Shown here: positions 16,792 to 25,792 of the stretch, one piece after another
Position numbering within the stretch: position 1 is the first letter of the stretch
Layout: each line of letters begins with the position of its first letter
Source: Bacillota bacterium
GTDB lineage: Bacteria > Armatimonadota > HRBIN16
NCBI GenBank assembly: GCA_023511455.1
Contig: JAIMBJ010000011.1
Span: forward strand, 13,637 to 77,636
Direction of reading: 5' to 3'
DNA: 64,000 nucleotides
Translations under genes and position numbers: made by a program
The notes under the pieces: generated by a model
Databases searched by the model: none
The model's input: only the letters and a program-made list of their open reading frames with translations
Told to the model about the DNA's origin: nothing

Positions 16792-19700
16792 TGTACGCCG
16801 CTCAGGACTCCCGAAAGAGATTGCACCTGCACGGTCAGGTTCGCCCAGTCCCCCTTGCCGAAGTCGCCCCTGCCGATGAGCAGCGCAACCCAGCCGCCGT
16901 CCAGCGCGATGGTTTCGCCCGGTTTGACTTCCTGCTTGACATCCTGCCAAAGGTCGGGATGCTGTCCGCCGCCGGGGTCTTTCCAGAAGGTGCACTTCCA
17001 CTTTTCCGACTCGAAGGGCATTGAACCGTAGAACAGCCCTGCCTGCGTATGGCTCCATGCACCCGCGTTCAGGTAATAATTGGGCACTCCGGCAGGCTGG
17101 TCATCCCTGCCGTCGCCGTGCAGCTGGCTCTGGGCATAGTGGTACACTGCCTCCACGCGCAGTGGAATTGCGCTCAGGTTCTGCAGGCGACGCATCCGCA
17201 CCAGCAGCATCGGCTGCAGCAGGTCTTCACGCACCTCCATTTCCCATTCCACGCGGTAGCTTTGCGGACGTGCCTGCTGTGCCGCAAAAACCCCCGTCTG
17301 CTGGTTCACTTCGGTAATCGCGGAGCCATCGCGGTGGGTCAGCCAGCCGCGCAGGTAGTGTCCAAACGGTGTCCCCACCAGTTGCACCCCTTCGTGGCGA
17401 TTGGGGGGTACCCATTGCATCTGCGACAGGCTCTGCTGCACCAGCACGGTGTAGCTGCCTATCCGCTGCCCCTGCCAGTAGATGGTGCGTATCGGTGCCC
17501 GCTCGTTTCCAAATAGCAGGTCAAAGTTTGGGGATTTCAGCTGGAAATCGGCAGCGATGGTGTAGTCCTGCGGACGGCGTTCCTGGCGTGCCGGCACAAA
17601 CAGCACCAGCCCACTCCACGTCCTGCCCGGTGGCACGTTCTGCACATACAGCCATAGCCGTTGCCGGAAGAGCGGCTCGATGTGGAACCGCACCGCCTTG
17701 CCGTCCATGCTCACACACCGCCACTCGCCAGATTGTTGTTGCGCCATTGGATGTTCGGGCAGGTCGATCCCTATCCAGCCAGAGAACGGCTGTCGATTCG
17801 TATTCTGCAAATCCACCTGCCACGCCAGCGTAGCTTGTGAGGGAATGTTCCACCGCCGACGCGGGAATGCTGGCTTGCTAACTGGCGGTGGTTGCGGGCT
17901 TCGCGTGCGGTATCGCACGGATTCGGTGTGCATCGCGTATACCTTTGCCTGCAATTCTGTTGCAGTTTGTACGAGAATCTTATACGGTTCGCCCTGCTCG
18001 TTCACCAGCCCGTAGTTGCTGTCTTCGGGGAAGGTGCTGCTGATGCCCAGTGCAGGCTCATCCACCCACATGAAGAAGTTAGACCCCACCATAAACGGCA
18101 GGTGAAACACGGCAGACTGGAAAATGCGGAAGCACTCCGCCCGCTGTTGCTGCGTATCCACCCGCATACCCGCGCCGTGTTTGCAGGGAAGGCCACTGTC
18201 CAGCGCGGGGAAGCTCCATTCCGTAATCATCAGGGGGCGTCTGGACTGCCGATAGTATTCGCGCAGCCGTTCTTCCCAGTCCAGCACACACCCTGCACGC
18301 AGGTCGATGCGGGGATAGGTGTTGATGCTCACCACGTCGCAGTACTTCCCTGCGATGTCCAGAATGGGTGGCGCCTCCCCTGCGAAGCGGCAGCCCAGAA
18401 CCAGATGGTTGGGGTCGTGCTTGCGGATGGCTTCCGCGCAGGTTCGGAAATAGAGCTCCGCCGCCAGACGGGTGAAGGCGATGCCGTCCTCCTCTGCCGC
18501 CTTTGTGCGGATGGTGGGTGGTTGCTCGCCGTGCGCGATGTCGTCGAAATCGCGGATGCGGGCATCCCATGCGCGGTTGAATGCCTGCACATCGCCCCGA
18601 TAGCGGTCGCGCAGCAGCTGCGCCAGAGCCACGCGAGAGTCGTGCCCCCTTGCACGTTTCAACGCCTCGATGGCGATCCCCCACGGTTTGTAATCCTTGC
18701 CGAACCACTCCAGCTCGTTGTCCAGAAAATAGCCGATAAGCCAGGGGTCGTCTCGCAGGGGAGCGCAACGCTGGTAGGCTATCCAGTCACACCATTGCTG
18801 CCATCGCGGAGAGAATACGTTGGGAAACCCCGTCCAGTGAACCTGTTTCACCAAATCGTCAATAGCGGCAAAGCCCTGTCCCATGCCCAGAATGTTATCG
18901 ATGTATGCCAGCCCCTGATGGCGGAGGTAGGACGAATGGTTCGCGGCAAGGATATTGAAGTTCCAGCTTTTCAGACGCTGCAGGGTTTCCTGTGCCCACG
19001 CCTGCTCGGAACCGTGTCGCCTCTTCATATTCTCATGGTAAGGGGCGTAACCCAGCTTCTCGCACCAGTGCACAAAGTAGCTGGTGTGGTCGGTACCGAG
19101 TGCGAAGAAGAGCCGCCCCTCGGGGTCAATGAACCACCAGACGCCGTCTATCTCCTCCACGCGGAAAAAGCCGGTAGCCTGGCGTACCTTCCTGCCCACG
19201 TGCGCCACCTTGTAGGCTGGTCGGGGCTTCTGTTCGGGACGTGGTGGCTCGGCAGGTACGGTGTTGCGCGTCTCTATTTGCGAGAAGGTGGCGTCGAAAG
19301 CGTTGCAGGTCAACCCCAGATAGCCCGCACGCACCGCCTTCGGATTATCCAGTGCCCATTCGTATGCCCAGCAGAGCGTATTTTGCGCGTCGTAGATTTC
19401 TCCGCGGATAGTTTGCGCGTTCCAAATCAGGCGCAGGCAGTACGGCTTTCCGTACTCCCAGCTCCAGTCGGGAAGGCTGAAGCTCTGCTTAACGGTGAGA
19501 CGGGTAGCGGGTTCATTGCCCGCCAGCCAGGTGCCACCGTACAGCTCGTGCAATTCGGCGGTGTGGCGATACTGCAGGTTTTCGGGAGCTTCCACCAGAT
19601 TCAGCCGCCAGTGGTGGCGGTCATCCTGCCACAGGGTGATGCCCACCGTTTTCCAGTAGGTCGGGTTAGTGACAGCGCGATGCACCACCACCGTCGCGTT

Positions 19701-19826
19701 CAGTTCGCCCGCCTGCGAGAAGCTGTCCTTCAGCAACAGCGCACCCTGGGGCATCTCCGCGCGCACCGTGCCGTCATCCTGCACCGTCCATCCAAACGGT
19801 ATTATCTGCCACCGTGTTTGAGGCAT
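16773..19826 (-). CDS. Large (1017-aa) glycoside hydrolase with a clan GH-A TIM-barrel core and extra N- and C-terminal domains
   Basis: Candidate acid/base NE motif (FLDNELEWFG) and nucleophile motif (LMITEWSF). No signal peptide. The GH family is not assignable by eye. Confidence 0.7.
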   Translation of the reverse strand: MPQTRWQIIPFGWTVQDDGTVRAEMPQGALLLKDSFSQAGELNATVVVHRAVTNPTYWKTVGITLWQDDRHHWRLNLVEAPENLQYRHTAELHELYGGTWLAGNEPATRLTVKQSFSLPDWSWEYGKPYCLRLIWNAQTIRGEIYDAQNTLCWAYEWALDNPKAVRAGYLGLTCNAFDATFSQIETRNTVPAEPPRPEQKPRPAYKVAHVGRKVRQATGFFRVEEIDGVWWFIDPEGRLFFALGTDHTSYFVHWCEKLGYAPYHENMKRRHGSEQAWAQETLQRLKSWNFNILAANHSSYLRHQGLAYIDNILGMGQGFAAIDDLVKQVHWTGFPNVFSPRWQQWCDWIAYQRCAPLRDDPWLIGYFLDNELEWFGKDYKPWGIAIEALKRARGHDSRVALAQLLRDRYRGDVQAFNRAWDARIRDFDDIAHGEQPPTIRTKAAEEDGIAFTRLAAELYFRTCAEAIRKHDPNHLVLGCRFAGEAPPILDIAGKYCDVVSINTYPRIDLRAGCVLDWEERLREYYRQSRRPLMITEWSFPALDSGLPCKHGAGMRVDTQQQRAECFRIFQSAVFHLPFMVGSNFFMWVDEPALGISSTFPEDSNYGLVNEQGEPYKILVQTATELQAKVYAMHTESVRYRTRSPQPPPVSKPAFPRRRWNIPSQATLAWQVDLQNTNRQPFSGWIGIDLPEHPMAQQQSGEWRCVSMDGKAVRFHIEPLFRQRLWLYVQNVPPGRTWSGLVLFVPARQERRPQDYTIAADFQLKSPNFDLLFGNERAPIRTIYWQGQRIGSYTVLVQQSLSQMQWVPPNRHEGVQLVGTPFGHYLRGWLTHRDGSAITEVNQQTGVFAAQQARPQSYRVEWEMEVREDLLQPMLLVRMRRLQNLSAIPLRVEAVYHYAQSQLHGDGRDDQPAGVPNYYLNAGAWSHTQAGLFYGSMPFESEKWKCTFWKDPGGGQHPDLWQDVKQEVKPGETIALDGGWVALLIGRGDFGKGDWANLTVQVQSLSGVLSGVQWLRRR

Positions 19827-19869
19827 CGCTGTGTCTCCTGTCCATGACGATGTGGTGTGACCTGATGCA

Positions 19870-19954
19870 GGGCGAGGCTCCCCTTGAGCCGTAAACTCGC
19901 CTCCCCGCCCGCAGGGAGGTAGGGTAGGGGCGCCTCACCAGAAGGTTCGCCCCC
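19870..19954. repeat. GC-rich REP-like palindromic element (family 2, copy Y) in the divergent GH/ZAS intergenic region
   Basis: Shares GAGCCGTAAACTC, CCCCGCCCGCAGGG and CTCACCAGAAGGTTCGCCC blocks with the copy at 2655-2725. Confidence 0.5.
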
Positions 19955-20156
19955 CAGCCAACGCACCAAGCACCTTTTCTGTGAGGGTGGCACATGCTCC
20001 TGCTAAGAACCTCTGCACAGAGGTTGCGATTCGCACTCCGACAATTTTTATTCTGCGCGTTGTCAGAGATGAAACATTGCAAGCGGATCAGTATCTAAAT
20101 AGGTGGGACGAGAAAAAGTGGGCACTCCATTTCACAGCAAGCCGGGGGATGGGACG

Positions 20157-21038
20157 ATGAAGGTCTGCGTAGAGTGGTGGACAGCGCTGTCGGCGTATGT
20201 GGATAATGCCCTGCCGCCAGATGAACGCGAGCAGGTGGAAGCGCATCTGGAGCAGTGCGCGGGATGTCAGGAGGCGGTGGTGCATCTGCAGTCACTGCGA
20301 CGGGTAGTAAGCCTTTTGCCTCCACAAGAGCCTCCGCCGATGCTGAAGGCACGCATTCTGTCGGCGACGGTGGACCAACCTACATGGACAGAACGACTGG
20401 CAATGGGCTGGCGACGGATGGCATGGCGTGCCGCGCTGACGACCGCCGTGGTATTGATAGCGATGTTTGTGTGGCAGTTTATCCCCCGACAGGTGCCTCA
20501 GATGGTGAGCACCCTCGCATTGCGTAACCCGCAGAGCCAGCCATCCGCCATGCCTCAGCGGTTCAGTGGTTCTCTATCTGCCCAAAAGCAAGGCGGTGTG
20601 GCTTCGTTGAATATGGGGACTCGTGCGGTGCGGCGTTCGGTAGCACAGCAACCTGCAGCTCCTGCGAAGACACCGTCGGTGAAAAACGAGGCAAAATGGT
20701 CTGCAGTGACTCGTGCGCGAATCACCCCTGCTCCTGCTCCGACCGATGCGTTGCAGGGCGAGCCGGTCATGGAAGAGGACGTGCCCCACATCGACGTCAA
20801 TAGTCCGCCTGCGGGTACGGACAATGTGATTGCCGAACAACCGGAAGAGATGGAGGACAGCAAAACCGTCGCGACGCGCTTCACTCTTCCGGCAGAAGTC
20901 GTGCCCTCTCCAACGCAGGGACTGGAGTCTTTACGGGAGCAAATCCGCATTCGGGGTGCGGAACAACTGAAAGGGCAGCTGGAGCGTAAGATCGAGCGCA
21001 AACAGGTCGAATTGGACGTTATCAAAGTTCGGTTCTGA
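20157..21038 (+). CDS. Orphan anti-sigma-factor-like membrane protein (zf-HC2 N-terminus, one TM helix, long low-complexity periplasmic tail)
   Basis: HLEQCAGCQEA zinc motif. A TM segment (AALTTAVVLIAMFVWQFI) is present. The Ala/Pro/Gln-rich tail ends in an amphipathic helix. The start is at the Met preceded by the RBS gggggatggg. No sigma gene is adjacent. The stop overlaps the next start (TGATG). Confidence 0.7.
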   Translation: MKVCVEWWTALSAYVDNALPPDEREQVEAHLEQCAGCQEAVVHLQSLRRVVSLLPPQEPPPMLKARILSATVDQPTWTERLAMGWRRMAWRAALTTAVVLIAMFVWQFIPRQVPQMVSTLALRNPQSQPSAMPQRFSGSLSAQKQGGVASLNMGTRAVRRSVAQQPAAPAKTPSVKNEAKWSAVTRARITPAPAPTDALQGEPVMEEDVPHIDVNSPPAGTDNVIAEQPEEMEDSKTVATRFTLPAEVVPSPTQGLESLREQIRIRGAEQLKGQLERKIERKQVELDVIKVRF

Positions 21039-24000
21039 TGAGGTTATCGGTTCGTTACATATTGCTGGCGGCTGCCGCCTTCGCAGTCATGGCGACCGCG
21101 TGGGGACAGGATAACACACCTCCCACCATACCCCTCGCGGAAGGGCGTATTACTGCCTCCAAATCGCCGTCGGCTGGTTCTCAGGTGGGACAGGCAAACG
21201 CCGACCTGCTGCGCGGCAATGGCACGCGAGCCGGCTACCTGCTGCGCTACGGCAATATCGTGCCCGAAAGCGAGCGTGTGATGGTAGACGCTCGTACCCT
21301 GCAGCGCAATCAGGACTATACCATTGACTATACGACAGGCACTATCTTCTTCACCGAGCCGGTGCGCACCTCGCAGACGATACGGGTGTATTACCGCTAC
21401 GTGCCCGGCTCCAGTGAACAGCGTGGATTGCTGCAGGCTCCCTCGATGAGGCTGCAGTTCGGACAGAGCCAGCTGAACATGATGTACAGCTCCAGCGCGT
21501 TCCTGCGCCGCGAGGACGGTACCACCCTGCAGACCGATACCTACGGTATGCAGACCCGCCTGAATCTGAATAGCAACAGTGCTGTGGAAGGCTTGCTGTT
21601 CTTCTCCTCGCAGCGGGCAATACAGGCGGTGGCAGACCCCACCCTGCAACCGGGTGCGCCTTCACGTCCGAATACGCAAGCCGCCGCCGGCTCCGACCGG
21701 CTCATTCTGCAGAACCTGAACTGGAGCGTGGGCGGGCTGCAGCTGCGAGGCATGTATCAGGACGTAGGGCAGCGCTTCGCGGGTTTCGCCGCTCTGCGCG
21801 AGCAAAAAGCTGCCCCCGACCAGCTGCTCGGCTGGCTGGAGAAAGAGCGGGGGATGCGCCGCATGAGCTACGGGCTGGGCTACGTGGCTGGCGGGATGAA
21901 CCTGCAGACCGATGTCAGCCGCATCACCGATGGCAAGGGGGATATCCGACAGACGCATTACAGCGTGCAGACCAAACAGATGGAGCTGCGCTTCAGCGAG
22001 ACCAAGATCGATCCCCAATTCCAGCGCTTCAATGACCTGCGTGAAGACCAGCGAGCACAGTGGGCGAAGGAGCGCGGACTAACGCGCGACACCCTCTCCG
22101 CCCTGTTTCGCCTGAGCGGCAACTCACAGCTGGGTTTTGAGCGTCAGCGCATCCTCGATTCGGGTAGTAGCATCGAGCTGACAAACTACGCGCTGCAAAC
22201 CGCCGGACTGAAGCTCACTTACAGCACACAGGACATCGATAAAGAGTTCACCCGCTTCAACGACCTTGCCGAGGGACAGCGGGCACAGTGGGCGAAGGAG
22301 CGAGGCTGGGTGCGCTCTTTCTTGAGGGCAGAGCTGCCTCCGTTCAAAGGCACGAACCTGCCCAACCTGTTTATGCAGCAAACCATCCGTACCGAGACGG
22401 GTAACCTGAACTTGCGTCAGATATCGCTGAACACCCAGACGGTGCAGGTGGACTATACCCGACTCGGCACCGACCCCAGTTTCGCGGTGGCAAACCTCAC
22501 GCCGGAAGAGATAAACCAGATGGCACTGCTGGCGCGTCAGCAGGTGGAACCCGGCGCGAACGCCGTCACCGACAAAGACAGGCAGCAGGTTCTGCGCGAG
22601 GCGGGGTTGCAGCGAGAGACCCTGCGCATGAACATGACTGCAGCCGCCAACACACAGGTCAGCGTCATGAAAACAACGGTAGAAGACGCCAGTGGTGACG
22701 TGAAGCGCATGCAGGTCGCTTACACCAGCCCCAAGTTCGAGGTAGCTTATCAGCAGCAGAGCATCAGCGAAGGTTTCAACCGACTGGGAGACCTGACCGA
22801 CCCCGAGCGCAAGCTGTACGCTGCGGAGACGGGTATCGCGCGGAGGCTCATCAGCACGCGCCTCGCACTGGACAAGAACACCGCCATCAGCGCACTGTTC
22901 GGCAATATCCGCGATTCGCAGGGTTCGATTATCAAACAGTCTTACGCCCTGCGCACGCCGCGCCTGTCGTTGTTTGCCAATATCAAGCAGGTAGACCCCA
23001 CCTTCTCGCGCATTGGCGACCTGACCGAGACCGACCGCAACGACCTGAGCGGTTTGCTGGGCTTCAAGTACTTCGACATGGCGGCGCAATGGCAGGTCAG
23101 TAAAACGCTGTGGTTTGAGGGCTTCTGGATCGACTCGCACAACGCCCAGGTGCAACAGATGCACCGACGCCAGCGCCTGTACTTCCAGTATCAACCCGCG
23201 GCGACCACACGCATTACACACCTGAACGACCGTACCAACCGCGATGGCGCAACGGAAGTACTGCATCGCCAGTGGCGTGAGACCACCGCCATCGACCACG
23301 CGCTCGGAAAAGGGCTGAAGTTCTCCGCGTATCGCGATCGGGTGGAGGAAGAGGGCGTACTGCTCGAACCCACCACCTCGTTGACCAACTTCTGGCGCGT
23401 GGAATCCGACAAGAGCCGACCGGTATGGTTTGTGGTGGAGCAGAAACACCTGCGCCGCACCGACGGCTACTACGATACCGCCGATACCGTGCAGGTGCAA
23501 ACGCCCGTCTCCAGGAGCGCTGTCATGCAGTTCACCGAGCAGAGGTTCGGGCGCAGCGATCGCCCTTCCGAGTTGATACGCACGGTATCCTCCCAGTGGC
23601 TGCTGCGCAAAGACCTGACCTTTGCCATGAGCCTGTCGCGCCGCACCACCAGCGCCGATACCGGCAGCCTGCTGAAGAGCTTTGCGCTGTCGGGTCCGGT
23701 GCTGAACTTTGCCAACGTCACAGGCAAGTACGACGAACTGCGCGTGGACCGCGTGAACACCAAAGCGCAGAGCGAGATATCCGTCTCGTCGCTGAAGCCG
23801 TTCAACGCACTGGGCTTGACCAACATCCAGTTCACCGGTGCATACGCTGCGCTGGCAGACAGGGCAACCTGGCAAAAAGAGACGCGCAGTGGGCGCATCA
23901 CCGCGAATCTGGGCAAGCACAGCCTGCTGGCGGAATACACCTCCGCCTTTATCCCGCAGGCAGCCGACCGTTTGGTGATGCGCACGTATCAGTTCACCGT

Positions 24001-24529
24001 CGCCCCCATGAGCAACTTCAAAGGGGAAATATACTACCGCATGATTGAACAGCCGAATATGGGGACATGGCACGTGCGCCGCTACGCGTTAGACTGGCAG
24101 CTGAATCCGAACACCTCGATCAGCCATCAGTTCCTGACCCTGCCTGAGCAGGGCAATAACCGCGTGCAGCCGATAGGGCTGGACGTGTGGAAAATGAGCA
24201 CGCGCCTGAACAGTCGCCAGGTGCTGAACGGGGAGTACCGAATCGAAACCGACTACGCCAAACGCCAGATTATCCGCCGTGCGCTGTTGAGCGTGGCTGG
24301 CAGGCTCTCTGCCCTCTCCAGTGGTGAGGTGGGTTACAGCCTGGACTCGGTGAACTACCAGGGCAACAAGGGAACAGCGCATTCCTTCCACCTGCGCTAC
24401 GGCTGGCAACTGGACGATGACCATTTCCTCAACTTGAGCCTGCGCCTGACCAACTACCAGCACCGCGTGCCGCACGGTCTTTCGCGCAATGAGCTGGCGG
24501 GCGCGCTCGAGTACAAGACGCCGTTCTGA
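21038..24529 (+). CDS. Large outer-membrane beta-barrel-type protein (1163 aa) with five internal repeats of about 70 aa
   Basis: Signal peptide MRLSVRYILLAAAAFAVMATAWG. The repeat motif is [beta-strand]-x-(I/V/T)-D-P-x-F-x-R-(F/I/L)-(N/G)-D-L-(R/A/T)-E-x-x-R, found at KIDPQFQRFNDLREDQR, DIDKEFTRFNDLAEGQR, GTDPSFAVANLTPEE, SISEGFNRLGDLTDPER and QVDPTFSRIGDLTETDR. The C-terminal Phe (YKTPF) is typical of OM barrels. The gene is translationally coupled to the upstream ZAS-like gene. Confidence 0.8.
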   Translation: MRLSVRYILLAAAAFAVMATAWGQDNTPPTIPLAEGRITASKSPSAGSQVGQANADLLRGNGTRAGYLLRYGNIVPESERVMVDARTLQRNQDYTIDYTTGTIFFTEPVRTSQTIRVYYRYVPGSSEQRGLLQAPSMRLQFGQSQLNMMYSSSAFLRREDGTTLQTDTYGMQTRLNLNSNSAVEGLLFFSSQRAIQAVADPTLQPGAPSRPNTQAAAGSDRLILQNLNWSVGGLQLRGMYQDVGQRFAGFAALREQKAAPDQLLGWLEKERGMRRMSYGLGYVAGGMNLQTDVSRITDGKGDIRQTHYSVQTKQMELRFSETKIDPQFQRFNDLREDQRAQWAKERGLTRDTLSALFRLSGNSQLGFERQRILDSGSSIELTNYALQTAGLKLTYSTQDIDKEFTRFNDLAEGQRAQWAKERGWVRSFLRAELPPFKGTNLPNLFMQQTIRTETGNLNLRQISLNTQTVQVDYTRLGTDPSFAVANLTPEEINQMALLARQQVEPGANAVTDKDRQQVLREAGLQRETLRMNMTAAANTQVSVMKTTVEDASGDVKRMQVAYTSPKFEVAYQQQSISEGFNRLGDLTDPERKLYAAETGIARRLISTRLALDKNTAISALFGNIRDSQGSIIKQSYALRTPRLSLFANIKQVDPTFSRIGDLTETDRNDLSGLLGFKYFDMAAQWQVSKTLWFEGFWIDSHNAQVQQMHRRQRLYFQYQPAATTRITHLNDRTNRDGATEVLHRQWRETTAIDHALGKGLKFSAYRDRVEEEGVLLEPTTSLTNFWRVESDKSRPVWFVVEQKHLRRTDGYYDTADTVQVQTPVSRSAVMQFTEQRFGRSDRPSELIRTVSSQWLLRKDLTFAMSLSRRTTSADTGSLLKSFALSGPVLNFANVTGKYDELRVDRVNTKAQSEISVSSLKPFNALGLTNIQFTGAYAALADRATWQKETRSGRITANLGKHSLLAEYTSAFIPQAADRLVMRTYQFTVAPMSNFKGEIYYRMIEQPNMGTWHVRRYALDWQLNPNTSISHQFLTLPEQGNNRVQPIGLDVWKMSTRLNSRQVLNGEYRIETDYAKRQIIRRALLSVAGRLSALSSGEVGYSLDSVNYQGNKGTAHSFHLRYGWQLDDDHFLNLSLRLTNYQHRVPHGLSRNELAGALEYKTPF

Positions 24530-24549
24530 AATCTCCCGTCCGCCCCAAT

Positions 24550-24590
24550 AACCCGTTTCCCTGTGCCGGGCACAAACGTGATATAATACA
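24550..24590 (+). promoter_or_regulatory. Putative fba promoter with an extended -10 box (TGaTATAAT)
   Basis: cgtgatataat lies about 120 nt upstream of the fba ATG. The RBS aaggaga is present. Confidence 0.4.
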
Positions 24591-24707
24591 CGTGGTAAGC
24601 AAAAGCCACAAGGCGCTGGTTGTCCTGTCCACAGGAAAAACCGCAAGCGCCGGCGAACATACCACCGGGTAGTGTAACCTGCCAGGGAGGAATAAGGAGA
24701 CCGAACG

Positions 24708-25670
24708 ATGATTGTTCCAACCCGTATTCTGTTCGAGCACGCATACGGCAAGTATGCGCTCGGCGCGTACAACATCAACAACCTCGAGCAGGCAATGGGG
24801 CTGTTCAGGGGTAACATGGAGTCGCAGGCGCCTTTCATCATTCAGATTAGCAAAGGCGCACGCTCCTACACCGATAAACGGATGCTGGAAGCGATTATCC
24901 GCACGGCGGAGCAGATATGGCCGGACGCGCTGTTCGCAGTGCATCTGGACCATGGTGATGAGCAGACATGCTACGACTGCATCGAGAGCGGGTTCTACTC
25001 GTCGGTGATGATCGACGGCTCGCACCTGCCCTTCGAGGAGAACATCGCGGTGACGAAGCGTGTCGTGGAAGCCGCACACGCCAAAGGCATCAGCGTGGAG
25101 GCGGAGCTGGGTATGCTGGGCGGTGTGGAAGAGCACATCTCCGTAGACGAGAAGGACGCCCGCCTGACCGACCCCGCTGAGGCGGAGGAGTTCGTCAAGC
25201 GCACTGGGTGCGATAGTCTGGCAGTGGCTATCGGCACCAGCCACGGCGCGTACAAGTTCAGCGGCTCCCAGCGGATCCATCTGGACCGCGTGGAGGCGAT
25301 TCAGAAGCGTCTGCCCGGCTTCCCGCTGGTGATGCACGGTTCGTCCTCGGTGCCGCAGGAGGAGGTCGAGCGTATCAACGCCGCGGGCGGCTGCCTGAAA
25401 GGCACCAAAGGCGTGGACCCCTCGCAGTATCTGCCCGCTGCCAAACTGGGTGTGTGCAAGATTAACATCGACACCGACGGACGCCTCGTCTGGTGCCGTG
25501 TGCATCGCGAGTTCTTCCGCGACCACTGCGATAAATTCGACCTGCGCGAGCCGGGTAAAATCTTCATGGCGGAATACGCCAAGTTCATCGCCAGCCGCAA
25601 CGAACTGCTCGGCTCAGCGGGACAGCTCGAGTCGGCTCGCGAATACGCGAAGAAAGCGCTGGCGAAGTAG
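24708..25670 (+). CDS. fba: Fructose-bisphosphate aldolase, class II
   Basis: YALGAYNINNLEQ ... VHLDHGDE ... GISVEAELG, and a full-length match to class II FBA/tagatose-bisphosphate aldolase. Confidence 0.9.
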   Translation: MIVPTRILFEHAYGKYALGAYNINNLEQAMGLFRGNMESQAPFIIQISKGARSYTDKRMLEAIIRTAEQIWPDALFAVHLDHGDEQTCYDCIESGFYSSVMIDGSHLPFEENIAVTKRVVEAAHAKGISVEAELGMLGGVEEHISVDEKDARLTDPAEAEEFVKRTGCDSLAVAIGTSHGAYKFSGSQRIHLDRVEAIQKRLPGFPLVMHGSSSVPQEEVERINAAGGCLKGTKGVDPSQYLPAAKLGVCKINIDTDGRLVWCRVHREFFRDHCDKFDLREPGKIFMAEYAKFIASRNELLGSAGQLESAREYAKKALAK

Positions 25671-25740
25671 CCCGCGCAGCCGCAATCTATCATCGCAGGC
25701 TTCCGTCTGCGGTGTAGAAGAGATTGCAACCTGTGCCAAA

Positions 25741-25773
25741 GGCGGCAACAAATTTGTTGTCGCCTTTTTGTTT
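25741..25773 (+). terminator. Rho-independent terminator after fba
   Basis: GGCGGCAACAAAtttGTTGTCGCC followed by tttttgttt. Confidence 0.6.
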
Positions 25774-25792
25774 ATCTCAGGAGGTGGATTAC

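Noticed and set aside
16609-17058. 149-aa ORF on the minus strand
   Set aside because: Its 5' two-thirds are an out-of-frame overlap with the glycoside hydrolase gene. Only the last 60 codons (16791 down to the stop at 16609) look like a real but truncated saccharopine-dehydrogenase-like N-terminus, reported separately.
17892-19847. 651-aa ORF on the plus strand
   Set aside because: Antisense shadow of the 1017-aa glycoside hydrolase gene. Composition is Arg/Ala/Gly-rich junk.
22124-24073. 649-aa ORF on the minus strand
   Set aside because: It is entirely antisense to the 1163-aa outer-membrane protein gene. It has a repetitive Gly/Arg/Ala-rich composition typical of shadow ORFs in high-GC DNA, with no RBS or domain signal.
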